From: Octopus vulgaris
Taxonomy: Eukaryota
Assembly (NCBI GenBank): GCA_951406725.2
Contig: OX597814.1
Span: 52,638,001 to 52,702,000 of the forward strand
Direction: 5' to 3'
DNA: 64,000 nucleotides
The first letter of the stretch is position 1. Every line of letters begins with the position of its first letter. Positions 52,268-64,000 of the stretch are shown piece by piece. The notes under the pieces are model-generated. The model had not been told where the DNA came from, did no database searches, and saw only the letters and a list, made by a program, of their open reading frames with translations. A program made the translations under genes and the position numbers.

Positions 52268-52981
52268 TATTATATTAATGGCAATAATGCATTTTAAATA
52301 ATGGTTTCCAATTTTGGCACAAAGCCAGCAGTTTCGGGGAGAGGGTAAATTGATTACATCGACCCCAGTGTTCAATTTTATTGACCCTGAAAGGGATGGA
52401 AAGCAAAGTCAACCTCAGTGGAATTTGAACTCAGAAACTAAAGACAGATGAAATGCCACTAAGCATTTTGTCCGGTATTCTAACGATTCTACCAGCTCAC
52501 CTCCTTATTTACTATTTAAATATTGATTAATTATAAATGTAACACTGATTATTTCCATATAAAGTAGTGTGACATATTTAGTGTTCCATATAAGGTAGCG
52601 TAATTTATTATTAGGTCGCGTAACAATCAAGTAAGCAATGAGTTTTGATTAGTATTGATAACGAAATCATTAAATTTATTTTCTGGAAAGAGATCGAATA
52701 CAGCCGGAAATCATTAAATTTATTTACTGGAAAGAGATCGAATACAGCCGAGGTTGACTTTGCCTTTCATTGTTTCGGGTCGATAAAATAAGTACCAGTT
52801 GAGCACTGGTGTCAATGTAATCGACAAAGCGTGCGCCCTCAAAAACTTTAAGCCTTATAAAAATAAAATTTTCAGGAAAAATGGGAGACAACTTCGGAGA
52901 CAGCTTAGTCCACTTGTAAGTACATGACCGAAGCCTTCCCAGCAAGGGACGAATCAATGATAAAAGAATCTTTGAACAATA

Positions 52982-53496
52982 TCTATATATATAAAACTGT
53001 AGTTGTGTGAGTGTCTGTCCCCTTCGATTTAGATTCCTAACTACTCCCACATTTTGCTGTGCAGTTTAACCAAATTCGGGTATCTTATAGTCGTGATTCA
53101 TATCGAGCCCGTCTGAGTATTAGCGCGCATCTACGATGAGTCTACGATTTAAAAAAATAATTTAACATCATTTTTTATTCCATTTTAATGCATAATTTTT
53201 CGTGTGTCGATGGCGGCGGAGTTGGCGTCCATGGTCACACCTGCACCTGTTTGCTTCTCCCCCCTTCTTCCCTCCCTCGTGAAGCTGTGGGGAAGGGAGT
53301 GTAAGGGAATCAACGTCGTAAAGCGTTGTCAAGGAGACCAGCGTTCTTTTAGAACAACGACTTCATGGCTTGAAGACACCAAAACAGAAATGGCTAAGAA
53401 AGCTCGAATTGGCATCTATAAGGGAAGTAACTCTCTAAAAATGCTTATATAGTTATTTCCCTTACAAACCCCAGCAACGCCGGGCGATACTGCTAG
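52982..53496 (+). mobile_element. Complete non-autonomous Helitron (515 bp)
   Basis: A|TCTATATATATAAAA start, CCCCAGCAACGCCGGG hairpin, CTAG|T end, no TSD. Confidence 0.88.
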
Positions 53497-54221
53497 TATT
53501 ATATAAAAGAATATCTCCACAATATGAAGTATAATATATTGCACATTTGTTGCAGCAAGAAAATAGAATTGTTAATCATTTACGCATCTTGAACTCGAAT
53601 ATTACAATTTTCCATTTCCTTTCTCCTTTAAATGTTTTGTTAATCTTAAGATAGAATGGCATAGTATCTATATATAAACAAATTTCAAATAGAAATCTTT
53701 CATCGGAACTATACGCTTTGATGTGGAAATTTAAATGACAGAAAAAAGAAAACCAGACTACTTCAATAATTTCATACGTATTGAACTGTAATTATGTTCC
53801 AGGGGAGGTAACTAATGATAAACGTATTTTACAGTTATGTCCCTTAGCATGAAAACTCCGCTTCTAATTTGAAGGAACTGGGTTAAAATTGAGAAAATTA
53901 AATTATTTTGAGATAAGACCAAACCTGATATTTTATTGTTTGTTTTATTAGTCTGTTAGCAGCTGTTACAAATAATTTTTTAGATTTATGATCATACTTC
54001 AAAAATTTATTTTGTCACTGTGTTGATAGATGATGTAGCCGAAATTCTTTTTCCTTGTTTCCATTCTCATATCGTTTTTCCTTTATCTTACTAGTAAAAT
54101 TAGAGATACAGTAGACTCCGGCATTCGCGAGGTTTACGTCCCTAGAGCACCCGCGAATAGTGAAAAACCGTGAATATTGGACGTGATCTATAAAAATGTC
54201 TATAAATGTCAAAATATAACA

Positions 54222-54525
54222 TAGGAGTGGTTGTGTGGTAAGTAGCTTGCTTACCAACCACATGGTTCCAGGTTCAGTCCCACTACGTGGCACCTTGGGC
54301 AAGTGTCTTCTACTATAGCCTTGGGCCGACCAAGGCCTTGTGAGTGGATTTGGTAGATGGAAACTGGAAGAAGCCCGTCGTATATATGTGTGTGTGTGTA
54401 TATGTTTGTGAGTCTGTGTTTGTTCCCCCATGTCGCTTGACAACTGATGTTGGTGTGTTTACATCCCCGTAACTTAGCAGTTCAACAAAAGCGACCGATA
54501 GAATAAGTACTAGGCTTACAAAGAA
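54222..54525 (+). mobile_element. SINE family A
   Basis: Near-identical to 59445-59760. Confidence 0.88.
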
Positions 54526-54621
54526 ATGTAGTAATGATTTTTAAAAAACAGTGGTATAAAATAACGGCCAGTCTCGTATTGTATATATCTCTGATCTGTC
54601 AAGTAATACAGGTGCAATACA

Positions 54622-54672
<51 letters not shown>

Positions 54673-54676
<4 letters not shown>

Positions 54677-54956
54677 AGAGTTAGCACATAAATGTGAAAC
54701 AAGGTGAAAAAAAGTAGTACTCAAATACTGGAGGTTGAGTAATATGCTTTATTAATAAAGCTGGAAAGACATCACAAAAACTGTTACTCAGAGTTTTACG
54801 TTCCCATTCGTCAGACAATTTCTCAACCAAAACTGTCCAACAAAAAGGAGCATTTCTATGATGCCTTTGCAGCTTTATTAATAAAGCATATTAATCTACC
54901 TCCAGTACTTGAGTACTATTTTTTTCACCTTGTTTCACATTTATGTGCTTACTCTG

Positions 54957-54958
<2 letters not shown>
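54673..54958. mobile_element. Palindromic Penelope-like remnant containing a hammerhead motif
   Basis: ~100-bp inverted arms (accagagt.agcacataaatgtgaaacaaggtg... / ...caccttgtttcacatttatgtgct.actctggt) are flanked by (TA)n. Confidence 0.7.
54778..54821 (-). ncRNA. Minimal type I hammerhead ribozyme motif with a G12A change
   Basis: Minus strand AAATTGT-CTGACGA-ATG-GGAA-CGT-AAAA-CTCTGA-GTA-ACAGTTT. Stems I, II and III all pair. Confidence 0.65.
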
Positions 54959-55002
<44 letters not shown>

Positions 55003-57004
55003 ACACACATATATATATTTACTGTCACTACAATCGGAATTGTTGAGAGACAAATACAGCAAGACAAGTGGAGAGTGTGTGTGTATGTATGTGAAATATA
55101 AATATTTTGACCTGTGGTTCGCTCGGGTTTTGGTGGTGGTGGTGTTTTGTGCATGTTGTCTCCTTTCCCCTTTCTTCTTTTGTTCGTCTTCTTTGCCTGG
55201 TTCTTTTTATTGCCCTCTTCTTTACTCCACTTTCCAAAATCCCCCAAATTTCTACACCCACAATTAAAGATAACCACCTCTAGCCTCTGCAGCAACAAGA
55301 AAAGCTGCCATTATTCAAACAGCGCAACCTGTCTATCCCATAAAACTCAATTTTTCCCATACTCCTCACCATGGCAACCAAACGGCAGCCCTGAGCGACT
55401 TGCAACCCTCCTCACACCATTGCCCACCCCATTTTACCTCCCACTGAAAATTTTGGCACCAATCCGACCCCATCTACCGCCCAAATGAGACAAATAACCA
55501 AGAAATCAGACAACTTTTTTGCATTTCAGCTTTATAGATATTGATATCGCTATACAAATTAGCAACCTTTGATTGAAAGCAGGAAAAAAGAAATACAAGA
55601 TATAGTGTACTTGTATCTAAAATAATCATGTGACGTGATTTGAAGAGGTGTCCAATAAGCTGGCAAATACGGTATATTGTTATTAATAATTTAGCCTTAA
55701 AAAGTGGGAAAAAATATATATTACCATGTGTGTGGGTGGGTATGTGTGCATGCATGTGTGTGTGAGAGGGTGCGTGTGTGCATGTATGAGAGGAAGAGAG
55801 AAGTGAGGTGGAGTGTGTATGGCTTCATTAATGTAGCCAAGCATGTGAGTATCATGTGTGCAGGTGTGTGTGTGTGTGATGTATGGTATAGGAATATAAA
55901 CAATAAAAAATAAAAAATACAAATGAATAATGAATGTAAAAATCAATAATAATAAAAATTGTGAACAAATCAGTAACAGAAATAAATAAAAAAAAGAAAA
56001 TCAATTAGAGAAAAATCAGTCACAGAAATAAATGAAAATTATAAAGATTATAAAAAAAAAATAAATTAAAATACTGAAATAAACGAATAAAGAATAGGAT
56101 AGAGTATAAAATGTTTTTTTTTAAAAGGGTGTGGGGAAGAGTCCACTAGGGGTTTGAGTATGTAGAGTGAAAATGTAACACAGTTCCAGGCAGAGTCTAG
56201 AGTTGATGGATCCATGGTGTAGGGCAAGGCCAAAGATGGTGAGGTTTGAGGTGGAGTGGTCAGCCAAGCAAAAGTGACTGGTAACATCTCATAGGTGTTT
56301 GGTGAACTGGTCAGCTAGCTGGCAGACCATCTGACTAACATAAAGTTTATTGCCGTAAATGTCTCCTCTGTTTGCATTTTCTACCAGTACTATAATGGCT
56401 TCTACTCCTTGGAGCTAACTGCACTCACGACACCTTCATTTAAGCATCTCTGTTCTATGTGTTTCTCCTTCTATCATCATTCTTGTTGTGTCCAACTTGT
56501 CAAGCTTACACTAATCTCTACTCCCATTCCTTCTTTCTCTGAGTGAAAACACATGGCTTAGTGCTTAGGGTATTTGGCTCACAATTGTAAGGTCATGAGT
56601 TCAATTTCCAGTAACATGTGTCCTTGAGCAAGAAACTTTATTTCTCATCACTTCAGTTCATTCAGCTGGTAAAAATGAGTAATACCTTTATTTCAAAGGG
56701 CTAGCCATGTCACATTCTGTGTCACGCTGAATATCTCTGAGAACTACGTTAAGGGTACATGTGTCTGTGGAGTGCTCAGCAGGCTGTTCTGTTGATAAGA
56801 TCAACTGGAACCCTTCTCAGAACACCAGCTCTTTGGAATTCCCTCCCTGCTCCTATTTTTCTGCAGGTGTTAATCTAACAAAGGTTCAAGAGGAATGTTA
56901 ATGCCATCAATCTCATTGGTCTTGGAGGGACTGTAAATGCCATGGAGAATACCCTTTTCTTCAGACCCAGAAAGTAATATGTATACAGTGGACTCTTTTG
57001 TTAT

Positions 57005-57019
<15 letters not shown>

Positions 57020-57039
<20 letters not shown>

Positions 57040-57440
57040 AATTATTGTGTATAGTGCTCAGGTGTACTAAAACTTATCAAAGGTGTATGTACAGTACATA
57101 GAATTATGTACAAATGTCAGGAAAGTGAATACTGTATGAGTCATGATATACATGTGTGCATGCATATGAAGGGGGTGATATCAGGTGTAGTGTTGGCAAA
57201 TTTCAGGAAGTATAGAGGTTTTAAAAGATGCATTGTCTCGGCAGCCAACAACTGATGCAGGTAGTTTGTTCCATGCACAGCAACTCTGAGTGGGAATAAA
57301 TGTTTCCGAAAGTCATAGGAGCTGTGCTGTATTCTGACTTTGTAGGCACACCCATGTGTGTTAGACACATGGAGCTCAAAAAGGTGCTCAAGGTGGTTGT
57401 TGGCACAGTGGTTAACAATGTAGACAACAGATAAGGTTTT
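57020..57440 (-). mobile_element. CR1-like LINE 3' fragment
   Basis: NTHGCAYKVRIQHSSYDFRKHLFPLRVA, homologous to 60700-61050, with an (ATT)n tail. Confidence 0.8.
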
Positions 57441-57828
57441 CTGCAATTTCTTGCTGAACAACCTCTACAGATAATTTTATAATGATCAAGTATTTGTGCT
57501 GTATATCAGCTCACTCTTTCCATCAAATCGACATTGCTTATACAGGTGCATGGAGCAACTGGAGATGAAGTGTTTTACTCAAGAATACAATGCACCACCT
57601 CTGGGAACTGAAACCATGATGTCATGATCTTGTGTGCAACTACCTAACCACCTGGCCACGTGCACTCACACTCATACATACATGTATATGCACACACATA
57701 CGCTCATGCACACACACATCCACACAAAATATCTGTATTAATTATCATCTTTCTCTCTTGATTTTTGTTAGTGATTTTTCTTCATATCTGCTATCCTTAA
57801 CTCCATTATTACCAATAATTTTCTTTAA

Positions 57829-58057
57829 CCCTTTAACATTCAGATTATTTTGTCAAATGTAATGCATATTTATTCAGATTTATTCACTGTTTTGAATTAA
57901 TCATGCATCTATCTCATAACTTTGAGATTTCAATGATATGATTGCTTATTTTTAGAATGACATTGTAGGGTAGATGTGAGATACTGGATCTGGCCAGTTT
58001 GAATGTAAAACAGGTAGAATATTTTGGTTGGATATGGCCAGTTTAAATGCTAATGGG
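57829..58057. mobile_element. piggyBac-like MITE
   Basis: TTAA|CCCTTTAACATT ... AATGCTAATGGG|TTAA. A second TTAA-bounded family has copies at ~58130-58360 and ~58670-58884. Confidence 0.75.
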
Positions 58058-59144
58058 TTAAGTTTAAATGCTAATGAATTCAAGGAAACAAAGATCATAG
58101 TCTCTACTTCCCTTATTCTCAAAGAAACCTTAACTCTTTTGATACCAACCCACCAGAGACTGACCTTGGTTCTATGATACAAACTTCTTGTTTTAAAGTA
58201 ATCTAAATTAAAAACTTTCCATCAAAATTTCGTATTAATTTGTTTCAAACACCAGCTTAATAATGACAAAATTGTTTTACTCAGTTCTTCATTATTTTCA
58301 AAAATTAATTAAAGCAAAAACAGTGTATTTTAAAAGAAATATGATAATGAAAGGGCTTAATTGTTGGTGAATGTTCTTTGTTTACTCAGGTATCTACCTA
58401 TTTGAATTACAAATCAAGTAAGACTCAACTGATTCACCATCAGGGTCAACTATTTCTTTAATTCAGGTGGGGAATAGGGAAATAAACACCCAATATGTTA
58501 CTGAAATATTAAATTGTTCATGTCTGTTTCTACAACTGCTGTTGATGTTTAGCCTCAGGTCAGCCTTGATTGAGTAGGCCTACAAGCAAAGATGTTCTAT
58601 TCTTTTTCTCAGATACAATGGATCTAGGAATGATGTTATCCAATGTACTCCCACTTTTTAAAAACTTTTTTGATATCAACCTACCCAAGGCTTCCCTCTG
58701 ATAAACACTACCTGTTTTAAAGTAACCTAAATTAAAATCTTCTATCAAAGTTTCATGTTAATTTATGTTCCAGAGACCAGCTTAATAATGACAAACCTAT
58801 TTTACTTAAATTCCTCATTATTTTGTAAATAAATTTAAACAAAAGCAGTGTGTTTCAACAGAAATAAGGTAACAGAAAGCTTAATGATGTTTGTGTGCAT
58901 TTTGAGGGAGATTTGGTTGCTTTTTTTTTTTTTTAGCATATTGGCATCTCTCATTGCCAATGTTTCTTCCATATTCTGGCAGCAAAAAATGTAGTTTTTG
59001 CCTTTTTAAGCTGAGTTTGATTGTAGTTAAATGAAAATCAAAATTAAATAAGCATAATTTATTGAATAGGACTACAACACATAAATCCTAACACCAAGAA
59101 TTTGGCTCTATGATAATATTTATAATCTTTTATAATACAATAAT

Positions 59145-59935
59145 GATCTTATTATTTACAGTGCTTAGGTGCACTACAATTCATGAGGAAAAGTAGCTTA
59201 AAGTGCATGAACAGTACATAGAATAATGCACATGAAGTGAACAGTGAACGAGCTGTTTAAAAAAAATAAAGTAGTGGTGGGGGGAGACATCAGGTGTACT
59301 GTTGGTGAATTGCTGGAAGTTTTAAAGGATGTAGAATAATGACAGCTGACAAGTGATGCAGGTAGTTTATTCCATGCTTCAGCAATTCAGAGCGTGAAAA
59401 AATGTTTCTGAAAGTCATGGGTAATGAGTTGTTTTTTGATTTTGAGTAGCTGTGTGGTAAGTAGCTTGCTTACAAAGCACATGGTTCCGGGTTCAGTCCC
59501 ACTGCGTGGCACCTTGGGCAAGTGTCTTCTACTATAGCCTCGGGCCAACCAAAGGCCTTGTGAATGGATTTGGTTGACGGAAACTGAAAGAAGCCCGTCG
59601 TATATATGTATATGTATATATATGTGTGTGTGTGTGTTTGTGTGTCTGTGTTGTCCACCCAACATCGCTTGACAACCGATGTTGGTATGTTTACATCCCT
59701 GTAACTTAGTGGTTCGGCAAAAGAGAACAACAGAATAAGTACTAGGCTTACAAAGAATAAGTCCTGGGGTCGATTTGCTCAACTAAAAGTGTTGCTCCAG
59801 CATGGCCACAGTCAAATGACTGAAACAAGTAAAAGAGTAAAGAGTATGTCAACAAGGTGGCAAAGGTTTTGTTGGAAAGATGGTGGATAATCTTGTGGGT
59901 GTCTACCAAGTTAGTTGCCAGATGTTAGAGCTTTA
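59145..59935 (-). mobile_element. CR1-like 3' fragment split by a SINE insertion
   Basis: Homology to 60700-61030 at 59145-59440 resumes at ~59850-59935 after the SINE. Confidence 0.75.
59445..59845 (+). mobile_element. SINE family A, near full-length
   Basis: tRNA-like head (tgtgtggtaag...ggttcagtccc), internal TA/TG microsatellite, tail gaaacaagtaaaagagtaaagag. An opposite-strand copy lies at ~59950-60330. Confidence 0.9.
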
Positions 59936-60699
59936 ATGTGCTTTATCTTCTATCTTTTACTTGCTTCAGTCATGCTGGGGCACTGCCTTGAAAGGTTTTA
60001 GTTGAATGAATTGACCCTAGTATTTATATCTTTTTTAAAGTCTGGTACTTATCCTATCGGTGACTTTTGCTGAACCACTTCATAAGCAAAACTTAAGGAT
60101 ATAAACATACCAACACCAGTTATCAAGTGGTTGAGGTGACAAACATAAGGACTTACGCACACACATATATGGTAGGCTTCTTGCTTCTTCCAGTTTCTGT
60201 TTATCAAATCCACTAAACCCTTGGTTGACCCAGGGCTACAGAAGGAGCCACTTGCCCAAGGGCCATGCAGTGGGATTGAACCTGCAATCATGTGGTTGGG
60301 AAGCAAACATCTTACCACACAGCCACACTTGTGCTTGTGATAATAGCATAAAAACAATAATAACATGATATAAAAAATGGCCTCTTGTTATTAATGTTTG
60401 ATCAAAATGCTCAACAATAAGCGTAGAATATGATAACTACCAGTGAAATAAATTCAATTAAAGCTAGTTCTTCAGATTTATAACCAGATATAGACTAGTT
60501 GCAACATTTTTGGTGTGGACATGATGTGGTATGTTATTTTTCTGCTGTTGAATCTGTGAAAAGGTCTGCATGGCATTTTTATTTCATTTAGATCAATAAA
60601 ATTGGCTCTAACAGCACATTAATACAAGCAATTAACAATTGGGTTATACATAGCATGTTTTGATTCAGATTTAACATGAAATATTCAATAAGTTAACAA

Positions 60700-61029
60700 G
60701 CTCCGGCGTCTGGCGACGGACTTGGTAAACGCCCACAAGGTTATCAACCACCTCACCAACAACAACACTGAACACCTTTTTGATCTCCATGTGTCTAACA
60801 CACGTGGACATGCCTACAAAGTCAGAAAACAACACAGCTCCCATGACTTTCGGAAACATTTTTTTCACGCTCAGAGTTGCTGAAGCATGGAATAAACTGC
60901 CTGCGTCAGTTGTTGACTGCCATGACACTGCATCCTTTAAGGCCCTCATGCTTTCCGAAATCCGCCGAAACTACACCTGATTATATATACACTTTAGATG
61001 AGTTGTAGTGCACCTGAGCACTGTACACA

Positions 61030-61050
<21 letters not shown>
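60700..61050 (+). mobile_element. CR1-like LINE 3' end
   Basis: LRRLATDLV..KVI, NTRGHAYKV, FRKHFFTLRVAEAWNKLPASVV..SFK followed by a stop, then an (ATT)n tail. Confidence 0.88.
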
Positions 61051-61071
<21 letters not shown>

Positions 61072-61539
61072 ACATATGTTAATAATTAATAAGTTAATGA
61101 ATAACATGTTCTGCTTGATCATCAGTGGAATTGAAGTAAGAAAAAAGTGCATGATAATAAAGGATCTAAAAGGATAGTGTTTCAAACTAATGAAAGTATA
61201 ATAGTGAAAGAGATAAGATTCTAGCAAGCTGAGACAATAAAAGGTTTGTGGTTATTTTTGACATCTGCTCACATTGTTTATGCTTTTAATAAAAGCATGA
61301 ATGTCAAAATATCAAATCACTCCAAATATAAGTTTGGACTGTTGTACTTATTTCAAACAAAACCAATGTTTATAATTTCTTAGCTTGTATGAAAAATTCT
61401 GAAGATATATGTACATATACATCATCTATCCATCTGTATACACATACATTTGTGTGTGTGCATGTGTGTGTAATATATTTTTTTATTTGTGTGAATTGCT
61501 AAGCATACTTTTTAACCATTCAAGCCATTCCTGTGTCCT

Positions 61540-61653
<114 letters not shown>

Positions 61654-62021
61654 TCTATTATACTGAAAGCAGGAATTATGAAAATTATGTGTTTATTGGT
61701 AAAGGGTAAAGGCAATGACTTACAGATACCCTGAAGAATTATTGATTTTAAAATCAATACCATAAATCAAAGGAACAAAAAGGAGTGCTCTTGCTGTGGG
61801 GTGGGGATCAATCCATACATGGATTTGTTGGACAGTATGAATCTCAGTAGATTTTGATAATGTGTATTCTAGTTGTTCAACTTACTAAACCTATTTGTTA
61901 TTGTGAATTTTCATTGTGACCATGGTTGAAGATTACAAAGTTTCTCCACAATTTATGATTTTCCATTGTTCATGGTAACTGCCCCTTATTGAGTTTTGTA
62001 TCATCTAAGAGTCCATCAATG

Positions 62022-62237
62022 AATGTTCCAAGTAGGTCTTTCTCTACTGTATCTCTTGTAAGCTGTTTCCCACAATAATGGCTTGTGTATAACTTACTGC
62101 TAACTTCTCTGCAATGTACTGCAAATTGATAAATGTTCAAGCAGGTCTTCCTCTACTGTAACTACCAAAGTTGGTTCCCACAACAGTTGCTTGTATATAT
62201 AACTTCCTGCTTACTTCTCCAGCAATATCCTGCAAAT
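62022..62237. repeat. Two-unit ~110-bp tandem duplication
   Basis: aatgttc.aag.aggtctt.ctctactgta...ttcccaca...gcttgt.tataactt.ctgct.acttctc...ctgcaaat occurs twice. Confidence 0.8.
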
Positions 62238-62554
62238 CATAACTGCCTTTGAACAACTGTTGTTATCTCGGGCAAGTTTCCATATAAACTTTCATTTGTA
62301 ATAGGTTGATGTCAGTTTATGTTTTGTGCAACCCTAAGCATTTTAGTGTATGCACCATCAAGTTTCTTTTCAAGTGCTTGTGTCTAGGTCCATGTACTGA
62401 TACACACACACATATATATCTATACATTTATATATATATATACACACATATATATACATATATATACACACACACACATTTATACATGTATATATATATA
62501 TATACACACACACACACATATATACATATATATACACACATATATATGTATACA

Positions 62555-62617
<63 letters not shown>

Positions 62618-64000
62618 GAAAACTAGACAAGAAGTGGCAATGAACTCATAAAAAGCCCAAAATCCATAAAGTTACAGGTTTTTTAGCTTAATTATTGTTA
62701 AATGAATATTCTAAGGAAATTAAAAGAAATTATATATTAGGATTATGTATGAAATATAATACAAATAGTGAAATATATTCAAGATCCATACAGATCAAAG
62801 GAAGGAAAACAAATGTACTTGCTTGGGTCAATTCATACATGAATCTATTGGAACTGATACTAACAAAGAAACCAAGAACATTAACACAAACCTCAACTAC
62901 TACAGAGGATTGGATTGATCTCTTGGCATAATGCCTGGTTTAAGAATTCATAGGATATGTAATATGTGAACCATTTCCTTCAAACAATGCCTCTGTTTTC
63001 TAATGCACTGCAGCTGTTTCTTTTGTCAAATTGCAGAAAATGTTGAAGTTAATTTATATGTTTTCTTCTGCTGTATCAGTAATATAATGCATTTGAAGAT
63101 ATTGAAAATACACATCCAAATGTTATGTAGGACAGGCTCTTATTTGTCAGCAAGGGGAAGCTGAAGGAGAGCCTAGTATACAGGCAGATAAGCATTATGT
63201 CCTAAGGCCCGTTCATACTAAACCATAACTTCTGTTGATATTTTAAATTGCATTTTTTATAGAAAACAGACTCTATAGAGTTGAAACAGCAGATTAACAC
63301 TGCATTAATATGCACTTCAGTAAAATGAGTGAGACCTGTTTATGCCTATATTTTGTATGATTTTCTTAATGATGAATCAGACAGTTGAATGATGTTCTAC
63401 CTAGTCATAACTTGTTTATGGAACAATGAAATAGTGAATATGAGCACTGATTAAGTGCCAAGTGTTAAGAGTAGAAATTTAACTGGAAAATATATGTTCA
63501 ATTCCTGGGTCAGTCAAATAATTAAAAAAAAACTCTGGTTCAAGCAGAATGAACAAGTGACATTGCATGTAGGAGCATAACTGATAGGTGAATATCTGTG
63601 GTGTAGGCAATAGATTGAGAACACCCTACTCCATGTATTTTATAAAGGGTTTGGTTTAAAATTTTGAGAACATTACTGAATGTGACAGATATTTGATGGA
63701 GACCTAAGACTGAAGCATTGTGGTTAAAACAACCAAAATGGGGACATTAACATAAATATATCATTGTATAATATTGATAATGGCTTGTCTTGGAAGTCCA
63801 GATGAGATTATTACTATGTAATTGACAGACATAAACACTTCATCTCTTTATACCATGTTTCTGCAGACAGATAAAGTGGGATTAGCTAAAATATTTGTTA
63901 GATCTGTTAGGATTTCATCAATGACTGAAGAGTCTCTTGAACTGTTCACAAGGACATTGTTTACACAGCTCACTATTACTAAGAATTTAGCTAAATTAGA

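Noticed and set aside
62695-62931. 78-aa ORF as a host exon
   Set aside because: It has no recognisable motif or convincing splice sites.

Overview
This is AT-rich, microsatellite-dense animal genomic DNA. The SINE/LINE/MITE repertoire suggests a coleoid cephalopod such as Octopus (inference). Most ORFs in the track are repeat artefacts. The only host gene feature I can support is the first coding exon of a universal stress protein (USP/UspA-family) gene at 25558-25624 (+). It has a TATA box, an Inr and a GTAAGT donor. I found no convincing exon 2, so intron 1 may exceed 38 kb. The rest is mostly decayed mobile DNA: RTE, Tx1-like, CR1-like and RLE-type LINE fragments, Tc1 and mariner copies, Helitrons, piggyBac-like and Merlin-like MITEs, Penelope-like pieces and at least three tRNA-derived SINE families. 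The most notable items are three hammerhead-ribozyme-like motifs with palindromic stem III (one with a ~120-nt insert in stem II), an orphan 18S rRNA fragment fused just after a CTGAAGA motif, two GGAT-ended elements with 8-bp TSDs, Helitron module swapping, and an inverted RTE pair inside the probable USP intron. I see no clear new multi-gene system. All coordinates were read by eye, and boundaries of decayed repeats are approximate.
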